Positions 45,815 to 55,537 of a stretch of DNA of 64,000 nt are shown here, in pieces. The stretch is from Rhodothermales bacterium. Lineage in GTDB: Bacteria; Bacteroidota; Rhodothermia; Rhodothermales; JANQRZ01. Within the stretch, counting starts at the first letter, position 1, and each line of letters begins with the position of its first letter. The notes under the pieces are model-generated. The model searched no databases and was not told the DNA's origin. It saw only the letters and a program-made list of their open reading frames with translations. The position numbers and the translations under genes were made by a program. The DNA is taken from the NCBI GenBank assembly GCA_965215165.1, contig CBDCCX010000006.1, positions 524,181 through 588,180 on the forward strand, read 5' to 3'.

Positions 45815-45997
45815 GCAGGCGGGTAGAGGGGCGCGCGGCCCGCAAGCGCGCAGCCCGGTGGGAGCAGCGCTGGCCCGCTTGTGCCGGCGCTGCCGAGGGT
45901 CGGCCCCGTGGGATCGGGCCGCGCCAAGATATTCCCGCCGGACGGAATTATGCCTTGTTCCCCACTACACCGGGCGAAGGCAACGAGGTACCGCTGC

Positions 45998-47158
45998 TCA
46001 CCGTGGTCGGCTGATGGCGTAGAGCGTTGTGCTGCTCGCGCTGACCATAATGCGGTCCCCAACAGCGATGGGGGCTACGACCGAGTCGCCGTCGGGTTTG
46101 CCTCGGTGGATCAGCTCTCCATTGTCTGCCTCGAGCACCCAGGCTGAGCCCTCGAAGGGGCTGGTGAAGAAGATGCGGCCTTCTTCAAGCACAAGCGGCG
46201 TCGAAAGCGTGCCCGATACGCGCGTGGACCAGTCGAGCGACCCCGTAGCCAAATCCAGCCTGTAGACTTGCTCCTGGATTGAGCCGACGTACACGGCGTC
46301 ACCAGCTATAGTCGCACCAGCATCGAATGCGTCATCAGCGACATGGTGCCCCCACGTCACGTTCCCTTCCTCAATGTTGAGCGCGTAAAGCGTATGTCCC
46401 ACAGGAGCAGCCACTAGCTCATCGGTAGCGTCCAGGCCATAGACCGCTGTACCGGTCGGCCTCGTGCTACCATCGGGAAGTTCGAACGTCCCTGGAGGCG
46501 GATCGAATGCCCACAGCAGCTTACCTGACAGAGCATCGAAGGTGAAGACGAAGCCCTCGGTAGCCTCGGCGTCGGGGATGTAGTAGCCCGTGGGGACGAA
46601 GAGCTTGCTGCCGTCCGGCGAGAGGTCCACATCATAAACCAGGTGCTCAACTCCTTCGGGGACGAACGAGCTTACATCGAGTCTGAGGTCGATGGTACCG
46701 TCGGACTTGCGCACGCGGACGACCTCGCCGCTGCGTCCCAAGAAGAGGTGTGTCGCGTTCTGCACCATGCGGTTCAGGCTGACGTTCCTCTCGAAGTCGA
46801 GCGGGGCGGTCCACACCACATGGCCGTCGGACTTGCGAAAAGCTCTGATCCAGGTGAGGTAGTTGAGGTAGACCACGTCGCCGCCGTCGAGGACGGTGCC
46901 GGCGACGCTGCTCCGGCCGAGCGGGACGGTCCACAGCACGCTCCCATCGTCGGCATCGACCGCGCTGAACTGCTCGCCGAAGGCGGCAAAGACACGGCCA
47001 TCACTTATGAGGGGTTGGGTTTGCGACACAGCACGCGAAGCCGCTTTGACTGACCACACCACCTCGCCTGATTCGGCTTCATTCGAGTCGCACGCTGGCA
47101 GGGCGAGGCTGCTAGCTGCGCATAGTATAGCCACCAAGAAATGGGAGGCACGTCTCAC
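45998..47158 (-). CDS. PQQ-like beta-propeller repeat lipoprotein
   Basis: Lipobox LALPAC; repeated A(L/V)DAxxGxxxW blades; lower GC than neighbours. Confidence 0.85.
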   Translation of the reverse strand: MRRASHFLVAILCAASSLALPACDSNEAESGEVVWSVKAASRAVSQTQPLISDGRVFAAFGEQFSAVDADDGSVLWTVPLGRSSVAGTVLDGGDVVYLNYLTWIRAFRKSDGHVVWTAPLDFERNVSLNRMVQNATHLFLGRSGEVVRVRKSDGTIDLRLDVSSFVPEGVEHLVYDVDLSPDGSKLFVPTGYYIPDAEATEGFVFTFDALSGKLLWAFDPPPGTFELPDGSTRPTGTAVYGLDATDELVAAPVGHTLYALNIEEGNVTWGHHVADDAFDAGATIAGDAVYVGSIQEQVYRLDLATGSLDWSTRVSGTLSTPLVLEEGRIFFTSPFEGSAWVLEADNGELIHRGKPDGDSVVAPIAVGDRIMVSASSTTLYAISRPR

Positions 47159-47200
47159 GAGAGAGAGGGTCTACACGGAGGTGGAAAATAAACGGACCGG

Positions 47201-49189
47201 TTAGCGCCGCATCGTGCCGTCACTCCAGACGTCGTTCGCCTCGTCGGTGTCCGGCAGCACGTCGTCCGGGTCGAGGCGGACCGAGGCCACGCGGCTGGTA
47301 CCGGGGACCGCCATCTCGAACGTGTCGCTCTTGAAGAACGCCTCGACCGGGACGCGGACGCGCTCCGCCGTGCCGTCCTCATACGTCACCTCCAGATCGG
47401 CCGGCATCACGAGTCCGCCGAGGTTCTCGACGGTGACGACGGCTCCGCCCTCGGTCTGCTCGACGCCCGCGACGGCCTGGTCGAGCGTCTCGGTCGACAT
47501 CAGCCAGCCGCGCCAGAACCACCCCAGGTTCTCGCCGGACACGTCCTCCATCGTGCGGAAGAAGTCGGCCGGCTGCGGGTGCTTGTAGGCCCAGCGCCGG
47601 ATGTACTCGAAGAACGCCGCGTCGAACCGCTCCGAGCCGAGCACGGCGTCGCGCAGGATCAAGAGACCTTTGGCCGGCTTGCGGTAGGCGAGGAAGCCCA
47701 GCGACGGGCGGCGGACCTGGTCGGCCGGCGTGAGCACGGGCTGGTCCTGCATCGCCGTCTCCTGCATCCGCCCGGCGACGTAGGGCGAGCGCGTCAGCCG
47801 GACCATCCGCACCTGGTCGCCCTGGCCGTAGCCGGCAATCGTCGGGTCGGGGTTCTCGTCGTAGAAGGTCTTGCCGGAGAAGGTGTTGAGGAACGAGGTG
47901 AAGCCCTCGTCCATCCAGGCGTGCCGCCGCTCGTCGGAGCCGACGATCATCGGGAACCAGTTGTGCCCGATCTCGTGGTCGATCACGCCCCAGAGCGCCA
48001 TCCCGCGCGCCTCGACCGACGAGAAGTGCAGCATCGGGTACTCCATCCCGCCGACCACGCCTGCCACGCTGATAGCCACCGGGTAAGGGTAGGGCAGCCA
48101 GCGCGAGTTGTTGAGGACCGAGGCGCGGCCGAACCGTGTGGCCTCCTCCCAGCCGGGCTCCTCGGTCGTCCCGATGCCCTCGGGCGGGTAGGCCGACAGG
48201 ATGAGCGTGTTGCCGGCCTCGGTCTCGGCGCTGGCGGCGTCGAGGATGAAGCGGTTCGAGGCGGCCCAGGCGACGTCGCGGACGTTCTCGGCCCGGTAGC
48301 GCCAGGTCGTGGTCGCGCTCTTGTGCGGGTGTGCCCGGCCCAGCTCGTCGGGGGCGATGACGTAGACGCGCTCGGCGCTCGTGCGCGCCTCCGCCAAGCG
48401 CGCCTGCTGCTCGGCAGTCCAGACCTCGTCCGGGTTCTGGAGCGTGCCGGTGGCGACGACCGTGTACGGCGTCGGGACGGTGATCGCGACGTCGAAGTCG
48501 CCGTATCCCAGATAGAACTCGCCCTGGCCGAGGTACGGCAGCGCGTTCCAGCCGTTGACGTCGTCGAAGACGACCATCTTGGGGTACCACTGCGCCAGCT
48601 CGTAGACCGTCCCGCCCTCGACGTCGAGCCGCCCCATCCGGTCGGAGCCGTACTCGGGCACGACGAAGCTCCACGCGATGGTCAGCTCGAGCACGCCGCC
48701 GTTCGCCGCGAGCGGCTCGGCGAGGTCAATCCGCATCCGGGTGTCATCCACGAGATACTCCGGCGTCGTCGTCCGGCCGCCGTGCGCGACCTCGACCGAT
48801 CCGAGCGTCAGACCGCCCTCGGCGAACGAGCCGCGCCACCGGCTGCCGGCGGGCGTGAGCGCCGCGCCCCGGCTGCCGGGCGCGAAGAGGTTCTGCTCGA
48901 GGTGGAGCCACAGGAAGTCCAGCGCCTCGGGGCTGTGGTTGGTGTAGGTGATCGTCTCCTCGCCCGTGACGCGGTGGGCGTCGGGGTCGAGCCGGACAGC
49001 GATGTCGTAGTCGGCGCGCTGCTGCCAGTAAGCCGGGCCAGGCCGGCCAGAGGCCGAGCGGTACTCGTTCGGCGCGGGCAGGTCGAGCGGGGCGAAGGCA
49101 TCGGCGTTCGTCGGGGCGACGGGTTCGGCATCGTCCTGCGCCCAAGCAGGCGCGGCGACGAGGAGAGCAGCTAGGAAGAGCAATCGCAT
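47201..49189 (-). CDS. M1 family metallopeptidase
   Basis: GGMEYPM, HEIGHNWF, WMDEG, PGPAYWQQRADY; start moved to ATG 49189. Confidence 0.93.
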   Translation of the reverse strand: MRLLFLAALLVAAPAWAQDDAEPVAPTNADAFAPLDLPAPNEYRSASGRPGPAYWQQRADYDIAVRLDPDAHRVTGEETITYTNHSPEALDFLWLHLEQNLFAPGSRGAALTPAGSRWRGSFAEGGLTLGSVEVAHGGRTTTPEYLVDDTRMRIDLAEPLAANGGVLELTIAWSFVVPEYGSDRMGRLDVEGGTVYELAQWYPKMVVFDDVNGWNALPYLGQGEFYLGYGDFDVAITVPTPYTVVATGTLQNPDEVWTAEQQARLAEARTSAERVYVIAPDELGRAHPHKSATTTWRYRAENVRDVAWAASNRFILDAASAETEAGNTLILSAYPPEGIGTTEEPGWEEATRFGRASVLNNSRWLPYPYPVAISVAGVVGGMEYPMLHFSSVEARGMALWGVIDHEIGHNWFPMIVGSDERRHAWMDEGFTSFLNTFSGKTFYDENPDPTIAGYGQGDQVRMVRLTRSPYVAGRMQETAMQDQPVLTPADQVRRPSLGFLAYRKPAKGLLILRDAVLGSERFDAAFFEYIRRWAYKHPQPADFFRTMEDVSGENLGWFWRGWLMSTETLDQAVAGVEQTEGGAVVTVENLGGLVMPADLEVTYEDGTAERVRVPVEAFFKSDTFEMAVPGTSRVASVRLDPDDVLPDTDEANDVWSDGTMRR

Positions 49190-49419
49190 GGACAGGAGGG
49201 GAGATCGAGGGGAGAGAGCGGCGGGAGTATAGGGCATCTGGTCGGACGGGCACAACGGGGGAGCGCAGGGCGGATTGCGCCGGTCCAGATGCCGTATCCG
49301 CTAGACAGACGGAAAAAAGTTTTCGAGTGGTGTCGCGCGGCAGGCGAGTTTTGCGATAAAGATAGGTGGAGGCTGCCTTCATCTCTCTGGACAAATCCGA
49401 CCACCATCCTGGTCTAGCC

Positions 49420-50847
49420 ATGACGATCTGCTACCGTTTCTCCGCGCTCGCCGTGTTCCTGACACTCTGCGCCCCGTCCGTGACGGCCCAGCACACGATT
49501 CCGTACACGGACTACCTTCCGCTCGCCGAGGGCTACCGTTGGGAATACAGTCAGAACGTGTTTGGCACGCCAGGCACGCGCTACGTCTTTCGCGAAGTCA
49601 CCGGAGACACCCTCATTGACGGGCAGAGCTACTACCTCATCGAGGAGCAGCAGACCACGACCGGAGGGGAGCCACTGGCGAACGGCCGGTGTGCCCTGCG
49701 AGTGGAGGACGACTCCTTCGACCGTGTGGTGCTGGACGACCCGTGCTTCGAGCCTATCGAGGGTCCCTGGTTTCCAGACGCCGAATACCTCGATCGAGTG
49801 GTGACGGTCGGAGGGATTGAGTACGAGGTGGACGGAGAGCTGGAGTATTTCAGCAAGTATCCCGGAGACGGAGGGACGTTCTTCGTCAACATCAGGAGGG
49901 TAGCCAGCGGCATAGGCCCCATCTCCGAGCTCGACGAAGGTCCATCGGGGTCGCAGAGCGAATCGCTGCGCTACGCTGAGGTGGGCACGCTCTACGGGAC
50001 GCCGATCGTCTTCGACGACGAGGTGAGCTTCCGGCGGTTCTACCCGCTCGCGGTCGGGGACACCTGGGTCTACGAGTCCTGCAACACGTTCGACCCCGAG
50101 AATCCCTGCACCGAGGTGTCGCTTAGCCGCCGGACGGTCGTCGGGGACACGCTCATCGGCGGGGTCGAGCACGCACTCGTCGAGACCACGAGCGGGCTGG
50201 ACGGGGAGAACCCGCAGCGGTGCGCCGAGCGGCTCTCGGAAACCGGCGAGATTGTGTGGCTCGGTGGCCCGAACTGCCGCCCGCCCGCTGCGCTCGGCCT
50301 CAACCTGCGCGATCCCGGACCGGCAGCCGTGGCGACCTATGGACCCGAGGTCGATATCGGCGGCGAGACCTACGAGCCGGACTCGCTCGTCTGGTTCGTG
50401 GACTGGGAGCAGGGGACCTACGAGCACGACGTGCTCTTCGCCTCCGACATCGGCTTCGTGAGCGATTCCTACGACTTCATGGGGCCTGGCGACGTAGGCT
50501 ACGTCGAGCTGCGCTACGCCGAGGTCGGCGGAGAGACCTATGGCAGCCTGCCCACCGCTAGCGAAGGCGACGGCGCAGTGTCCGCCTTCACACTCGGCGC
50601 GGCCTATCCGAACCCGTTCCGCGCGTCTACCACGCTTATGCTCCGTCTTGCGACCACCGGGACGGTGACCGTCGAGGTCTTCGACGTGCTTGGCCGCCGT
50701 GTGCTGGAGCGCTCGCTCGGTGTGCAGCCGGCCGGACAGCAGCCGGTGCGGCTCGACCTCGGGGCGGTGCCCGTGGGCGTCTACTTCGCCCGTGCGACGA
50801 CGGCTTCGGGTCAGCAGGCCACGCGGCGGATCGTCCGCGTCGAGTAG
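49420..50847 (+). CDS. Secreted protein with two tandem homologous domains and T9SS CTD
   Basis: Signal peptide; YLPLAEGYRWEY and FYPLAVGDTWVY repeats; CTD AYPNPF...FDVLGRRVL...GVYFARA. Confidence 0.85.
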   Translation: MTICYRFSALAVFLTLCAPSVTAQHTIPYTDYLPLAEGYRWEYSQNVFGTPGTRYVFREVTGDTLIDGQSYYLIEEQQTTTGGEPLANGRCALRVEDDSFDRVVLDDPCFEPIEGPWFPDAEYLDRVVTVGGIEYEVDGELEYFSKYPGDGGTFFVNIRRVASGIGPISELDEGPSGSQSESLRYAEVGTLYGTPIVFDDEVSFRRFYPLAVGDTWVYESCNTFDPENPCTEVSLSRRTVVGDTLIGGVEHALVETTSGLDGENPQRCAERLSETGEIVWLGGPNCRPPAALGLNLRDPGPAAVATYGPEVDIGGETYEPDSLVWFVDWEQGTYEHDVLFASDIGFVSDSYDFMGPGDVGYVELRYAEVGGETYGSLPTASEGDGAVSAFTLGAAYPNPFRASTTLMLRLATTGTVTVEVFDVLGRRVLERSLGVQPAGQQPVRLDLGAVPVGVYFARATTASGQQATRRIVRVE

Positions 50848-50864
50848 TCCGCGTCGATTGAGCG

Positions 50865-51944
50865 CTACCACCGCTTCGGCGTGAGCACCGCGCCGAGCGG
50901 GGCGAGGAGGGTGTTGTAGAGCGCATAGCCCGCATCGAGCAGCGGCTGCGGGAGCATCAGGTCGGTCTCGCCGAACGACTGGGCTGCGTCGCGGAGCACG
51001 GCGCGCTGCACCAGGAACCGCGCCGCGAGCAGACCCGCGCCCGTCCACCCGAGGAAGAGGGGCGCGAGCCAGGCGACCAGGTTCGAGCCGTGAAAGACGG
51101 CGAGTGACGCCTGCACGCCCGGGCCGTAATGTTTTCCGGCGGACGCGTGGCGGAGCTTCTGACGCGCCCACGCCCGCCACGTCGCGGGGGCTTCGCTCGG
51201 GACGAACGAGGCCGGATCGAAGACGAAGCGGACCGGTGTGCCGTGCCGGTGCGCGGCCTGGACCAACAGGTCGTCGTCGCCGGAGAGCACGCTGAGCGTG
51301 GGCGCGCCTTCGAGGCGTTCGAACACCGACCGGGGATAGCTCAGATTCCGTCCGACAGCCATGTACGGTCGGCCGAGGCCGACGGCCGCTGCGGTCAGCA
51401 CGGCTGTCACGAACGTCTCGTACCGGACGAAGGCGTTGAGCGTGCCCGGCGCTTCGCGGTACGGTCCGTAGCCGACGAGCACCGCGTCGGGCGCACGCGC
51501 CGCCTCGGCCGCGAGAGCGGCGAGCCAACCCGGCGGCGGCGTGCAGTCGGCGTCGGTGAGCGCGAGGCGCTCGTGGCGGGTGGCCGCGATGCCGAGCGCG
51601 AGCGCGTGGTTCTTGCGCGGCTCGCGCGGCTCAGCGACACGCACGAGCCGGAACCGGCCATCCCGAGCGGCGAGGGCCTCGACGAGGGCGGCCGTCGCAT
51701 CTTGCGAGGCGTCGTCCACGACGACCACCTCGAAGTCGGGGTGCGATTGGGCGGCGAGCGCAGCGAGGAGAGCCGGCAGCCGGGCCTCTTCGTCGCGGGC
51801 GGCCACGACGACGGACACGGGTGTGCCGGGTGCCGCCGCGAGGAGTGTCGCCGAGGCGAGACGGTGGGCGCGGCGCAGCCCGAGACCGAGGAGGAGCCAG
51901 CAGCCGAGGTGCACGGCGAGCGCAGCGGCGAAGAACGGGAGCAT
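50865..51944 (-). CDS. Family 2 glycosyltransferase, membrane-bound
   Basis: VVVAARDE, VVVVDDAS, TDADC, SGDDDL, QKLRH; TM helices at both ends. Confidence 0.9.
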   Translation of the reverse strand: MLPFFAAALAVHLGCWLLLGLGLRRAHRLASATLLAAAPGTPVSVVVAARDEEARLPALLAALAAQSHPDFEVVVVDDASQDATAALVEALAARDGRFRLVRVAEPREPRKNHALALGIAATRHERLALTDADCTPPPGWLAALAAEAARAPDAVLVGYGPYREAPGTLNAFVRYETFVTAVLTAAAVGLGRPYMAVGRNLSYPRSVFERLEGAPTLSVLSGDDDLLVQAAHRHGTPVRFVFDPASFVPSEAPATWRAWARQKLRHASAGKHYGPGVQASLAVFHGSNLVAWLAPLFLGWTGAGLLAARFLVQRAVLRDAAQSFGETDLMLPQPLLDAGYALYNTLLAPLGAVLTPKRW

Positions 51945-52076
51945 AGAGGCACGAAGTGTGATAGGCAAAATAGCCCGTGAGAGCCGACCGGGAGACAGGC
52001 CCCTACGGCCGAGTCGTCCCCTGAGCCTCGCGCAGCCCCACCGTATCTTCCCCGCCGTTCCTCCGTCCCGCTTGGT

Positions 52077-52760
52077 ATGCCCGCCTCCCCGTCCCCTGCT
52101 CCTCCCTCCGGATTCCCCGACCTCGGCCGGTTCTGGACGGCGGCCAACGGCCTGACGCTCGTCCGCGCCGCGCTCGTCGGGCCGATTGCGGTGCTCGTGT
52201 ACCGGGGCGAGCCGTTCGCCTGGCTGATGGGCCTGCTGCTCTTCGCCGTCCTCACCGACTGGCTCGACGGCAAGATCGCCCGGTGGAGCGGCACCGTCTC
52301 CGAGTGGGGCAAGGTCCTCGACCCGACGGCGGACAAGCTCGCCGCCGCCGCCGTGACGCTCGCCCTCGTCCTGCGCCCGGCGTCGCTCGGCCCGTCGCTG
52401 CCGGCGTGGTTCGTCGGCTGCGTGATCCTGCGCGACGCCGTGATCGCCACCGGTGGCCTAATCCAGACGCGGCGGTTGGGCTACGTGATGATGAGCCTGT
52501 GGAGCGGCAAGGTCGCCGTGACGGCCCTCGCGGTCACGATCGTGGCGGCCCTCCTCCGGGCCGACGCGCCCGTGCTGGCGGCCTGCGTCTGGACCACGAC
52601 GGCGCTGCTGGTCTACTCGCTCGCCCGCTACCTCCACCGCTTCGCCCTCGTAATGCGCCTCGGCCGCGCCGTGCCCGTGGACGACCGCGACCGCGTCCTC
52701 GCGGCCCATCTCCCTGGAAACGTCCCTGCCGTGCAGCAGGAAGACCACGTCGCCGGCTGA
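52077..52760 (+). CDS. CDP-alcohol phosphatidyltransferase
   Basis: TDWLDGKIARWSGTVSEWGKVLDPTADK signature. Confidence 0.93.
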   Translation: MPASPSPAPPSGFPDLGRFWTAANGLTLVRAALVGPIAVLVYRGEPFAWLMGLLLFAVLTDWLDGKIARWSGTVSEWGKVLDPTADKLAAAAVTLALVLRPASLGPSLPAWFVGCVILRDAVIATGGLIQTRRLGYVMMSLWSGKVAVTALAVTIVAALLRADAPVLAACVWTTTALLVYSLARYLHRFALVMRLGRAVPVDDRDRVLAAHLPGNVPAVQQEDHVAG

Positions 52761-52879
52761 GCGGATTCGGAAGAAAGAGTGGGGAGAGGCGAGAAGGTTC
52801 TCTCGTGGTGCGGGGTTGCTCCTGGGAGGGCTAGATTCCCACCCACGCAATCAGCGAATCACCCACCCGCCCCACAGCC

Positions 52880-53833
52880 ATGGCTCTATTCGGATTCGGC
52901 AAGAAAGAAAAGGAGAAGGAGCGCCTCGAAGAAGGCCTCGAAAAGACGCGCTCCAGCCTCTTCGGCAAGCTCACCCGCGCCGTCGCCGGCAAGGACCAGG
53001 TCGACGAGGAGGTCCTGGACGACCTCGAAGAAGTCCTCGTCACCAGTGACGTGGGCGTCAAGACGACGGTCGACATCATCCACCGGATCGAGGCGCGCGT
53101 GGCGCGCGACAAGTACGTCTCGACGAGCGACCTCAACGGCCTCGTCCGCGCCGAGATCGCCGAGCTGCTGCTCGCCACCGCGCCGGAGCGCCCAGCCGAC
53201 TTCGCCGCGCCGCTGCCGAACCACCCCCACGTCATCATGGTGGTCGGCGTCAACGGCGTCGGCAAGACGACCTCGATCGGCAAGATCGCGCACCGCTACA
53301 AGGAGGCCGGGCGGTCGGTGCTCTTGGGCGCGGCCGACACGTTCCGCGCCGCCGCCGCCGAGCAGCTCGAGGTCTGGGCCGAGCGGGCCGCCGTCCCGAT
53401 CATCCGGCAGCACCACGGGGCCGACCCGGCGGCCGTGGCCTTCGACACGCTCGCGGCGGCCACCTCGCGCGGCTCCGATGTGGTGCTGATCGACACGGCC
53501 GGGCGGCTCCACACCAAGGGCGGGCTGATGGACGAGCTCGCCAAGGTCAAGCGCATCATGGACCGCCAGGTCCCCGGCGCGCCGCACGAGGTGCTGCTGG
53601 TCCTCGACGCCTCGACGGGCCAGAACGCCATCCGCCAGGCCGAGGAGTTCACCAAGAGCGTCGACGTGACCGGCCTGGTGCTCACCAAGCTCGACGGCAC
53701 CGCCAAAGGGGGCATTGCGATTGGCATTTCCAACGAGTTCCAGATTCCCGTAAAGTACATCGGCGTCGGCGAGAGGCTGGGCGACCTCCAGGTGTTCGAC
53801 CGCGCCGCGTTCGTCGCCGCCCTGTTCGACTAG
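52880..53833 (+). CDS. ftsY: Signal recognition particle receptor FtsY
   Basis: GVNGVGKTTSIGK, ADTFRAAA, DTAGRLH, LVLTKLDGTAKGG. Confidence 0.97.
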   Translation: MALFGFGKKEKEKERLEEGLEKTRSSLFGKLTRAVAGKDQVDEEVLDDLEEVLVTSDVGVKTTVDIIHRIEARVARDKYVSTSDLNGLVRAEIAELLLATAPERPADFAAPLPNHPHVIMVVGVNGVGKTTSIGKIAHRYKEAGRSVLLGAADTFRAAAAEQLEVWAERAAVPIIRQHHGADPAAVAFDTLAAATSRGSDVVLIDTAGRLHTKGGLMDELAKVKRIMDRQVPGAPHEVLLVLDASTGQNAIRQAEEFTKSVDVTGLVLTKLDGTAKGGIAIGISNEFQIPVKYIGVGERLGDLQVFDRAAFVAALFD

Positions 53834-54066
53834 CCGGCGAGGCGGACGGTCCCGTTCGGGCGGCACCTGCGACCGTTCGTCGGCACCGCGCGACCACGCG
53901 GAGACAACCTCTTTCTTTTGCGCTTCGCCCCCTGCACCTTTACTCTATGAAACACCGTCCGCACCGGACGTTGCGGAACTCACCCGCGCGCGTATCATAA
54001 GCGAGTCGGATGGTCCGCGGTCGCCCCGGCCGCGGGTCTAGAACAGCCGAACGGAGGCCGAAGCCT

Positions 54067-55431
54067 ATGGGTTGCCTTGTCACACATCGCCGGACTGCAC
54101 GCCTCGTGGCGCTCGGCGTCCTGCTCACCACGCTCGCCGGCTCCAGCGTCCACGCCCAGGTGGCGTACCAGCCCGAGTTCGACGTGGACGCCGTCAGCGT
54201 CCGAGGCGAGGCGGCCGGGGGGAGAGGGGAGACCCGGGTCGACGTCTACACCAAGATTCCCTACCAGAACCTCCGCTTCCTGAGCCGTAACGACGGCTTC
54301 GGCGCGCGCTACAGCGTCTCGGTGGACGTCTACCGCACGAACGCGGAGGGCAAGGTGCAGGGCCTGGTCCGAAGCCGGATGTGGGAGCGCACGGTCACCG
54401 CCCCGACCTACGAGGGGACGCAGTCGGACACGCTCTTCGACTACGCCACGCAGTCGCTCGAGCTGGCCCCCGGCTCTTACGCGCTCGAAGTCCAGGTCGA
54501 GGACGCGGCGTCTAGCCGGACGTTCGTGCGCGAGAAGCCGCTCCACGTGCGCTCGCTCAGCGCCCCGCTCGCGATGAGCGACCTGCTGCTGGCCGACCGC
54601 TACGACGCCGCCGAGCAGGTCCTCTTCCCCAACGTCTCGAACGCCATCGGCACCGACAAGCCTGAGTTCACGCTCTTCTACGAGATCTACGCCGACCGCC
54701 CGCGCCCGCTCCGGGTGCACTACGAGATCGTCAAGCAGAACCGCGAGCGCCGCCGCCCCGAGGTGCTCCGCCCGCTGCTCGGCCTCCCGAAGCGCTCCGA
54801 GACCGAGGCCGACCCCGACTTCAGCACGGCCGAGACGCTCACGGTCCGCGCCGGCCGCAACCCGGCCACGCTCACGCTCGACACCGACCGCTTCACCTCG
54901 GGCGAGTACGTGCTCCAGGTCCGGCTCGAGAACGAGGCCGGCTCCGTCCTCGCCGAGGCGTCGAAGGACTTCACCGTCCGCTGGATGGGGCTCGACGAGC
55001 AGATCGCCGACCTCGAGAGCGCGGTCGCGCAGCTTCGCTACATCGCGAAAGACCGGGAGATCAAGGCCATCAGAGAGGCCGCCACCTCGGAGGCGCGCTT
55101 CGACCTGTTCGAGCGCTTCTGGAGCAAGCGCGACCCCACGCCCGGCACGCGCCGCAACGAGCGCATGGAGGAGTACTACTTCCGCGTCTCGTTCGCCAAC
55201 CGCAACTACGGCCGGTTCGAGGACAACGGCTGGAACACCGACCGCGGCGAGGTCTTCATCCGCTTCGGCGAGCCGGACTTCGTCGAGCGCCACCCGTTCA
55301 GCTACGGCGACAAGCCCTACCAGGTGTGGTACTACAACCGCATCGGCCGCCGCTTCATCTTCATCGACGACACCGGCTTCGGCGACTACGAGCTCCTGGT
55401 GCCGATCTGGGACGAGCGCACCCGGATGTAG
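54067..55431 (+). CDS. GWxTD domain-containing protein
   Basis: FWSKRDPTP, YYFRVSFAN, GWNTDRGEVFIRFGEPD; start uncertain. Confidence 0.92.
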   Translation: MGCLVTHRRTARLVALGVLLTTLAGSSVHAQVAYQPEFDVDAVSVRGEAAGGRGETRVDVYTKIPYQNLRFLSRNDGFGARYSVSVDVYRTNAEGKVQGLVRSRMWERTVTAPTYEGTQSDTLFDYATQSLELAPGSYALEVQVEDAASSRTFVREKPLHVRSLSAPLAMSDLLLADRYDAAEQVLFPNVSNAIGTDKPEFTLFYEIYADRPRPLRVHYEIVKQNRERRRPEVLRPLLGLPKRSETEADPDFSTAETLTVRAGRNPATLTLDTDRFTSGEYVLQVRLENEAGSVLAEASKDFTVRWMGLDEQIADLESAVAQLRYIAKDREIKAIREAATSEARFDLFERFWSKRDPTPGTRRNERMEEYYFRVSFANRNYGRFEDNGWNTDRGEVFIRFGEPDFVERHPFSYGDKPYQVWYYNRIGRRFIFIDDTGFGDYELLVPIWDERTRM

Positions 55432-55457
55432 GTAGAAACAGCCTCCTCCGATCTGAA

Positions 55458-55495
55458 AAGCCCTGCGCTGCCGATGCGGCGCGGGGCTTATTTTT
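55458..55495 (+). terminator. Intrinsic terminator
   Basis: AAGCCCTGCGCTGC[CGAT]GCGGCGCGGGGCTT stem with G-U pairs, followed by ATTTTT. Confidence 0.7.
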
Positions 55496-55537
55496 GCCTC
55501 TCCGCTCCCGCGTCCCGTTCGCCCTGCTGCCGCTCCG

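Noticed and set aside
55435-55445. GAAACAGCCTC (reverse complement GAGGCTGTTTC), resembling the MITE copy A end
   Set aside because: Single 11-mer with no partner TIR, core or TNA duplication
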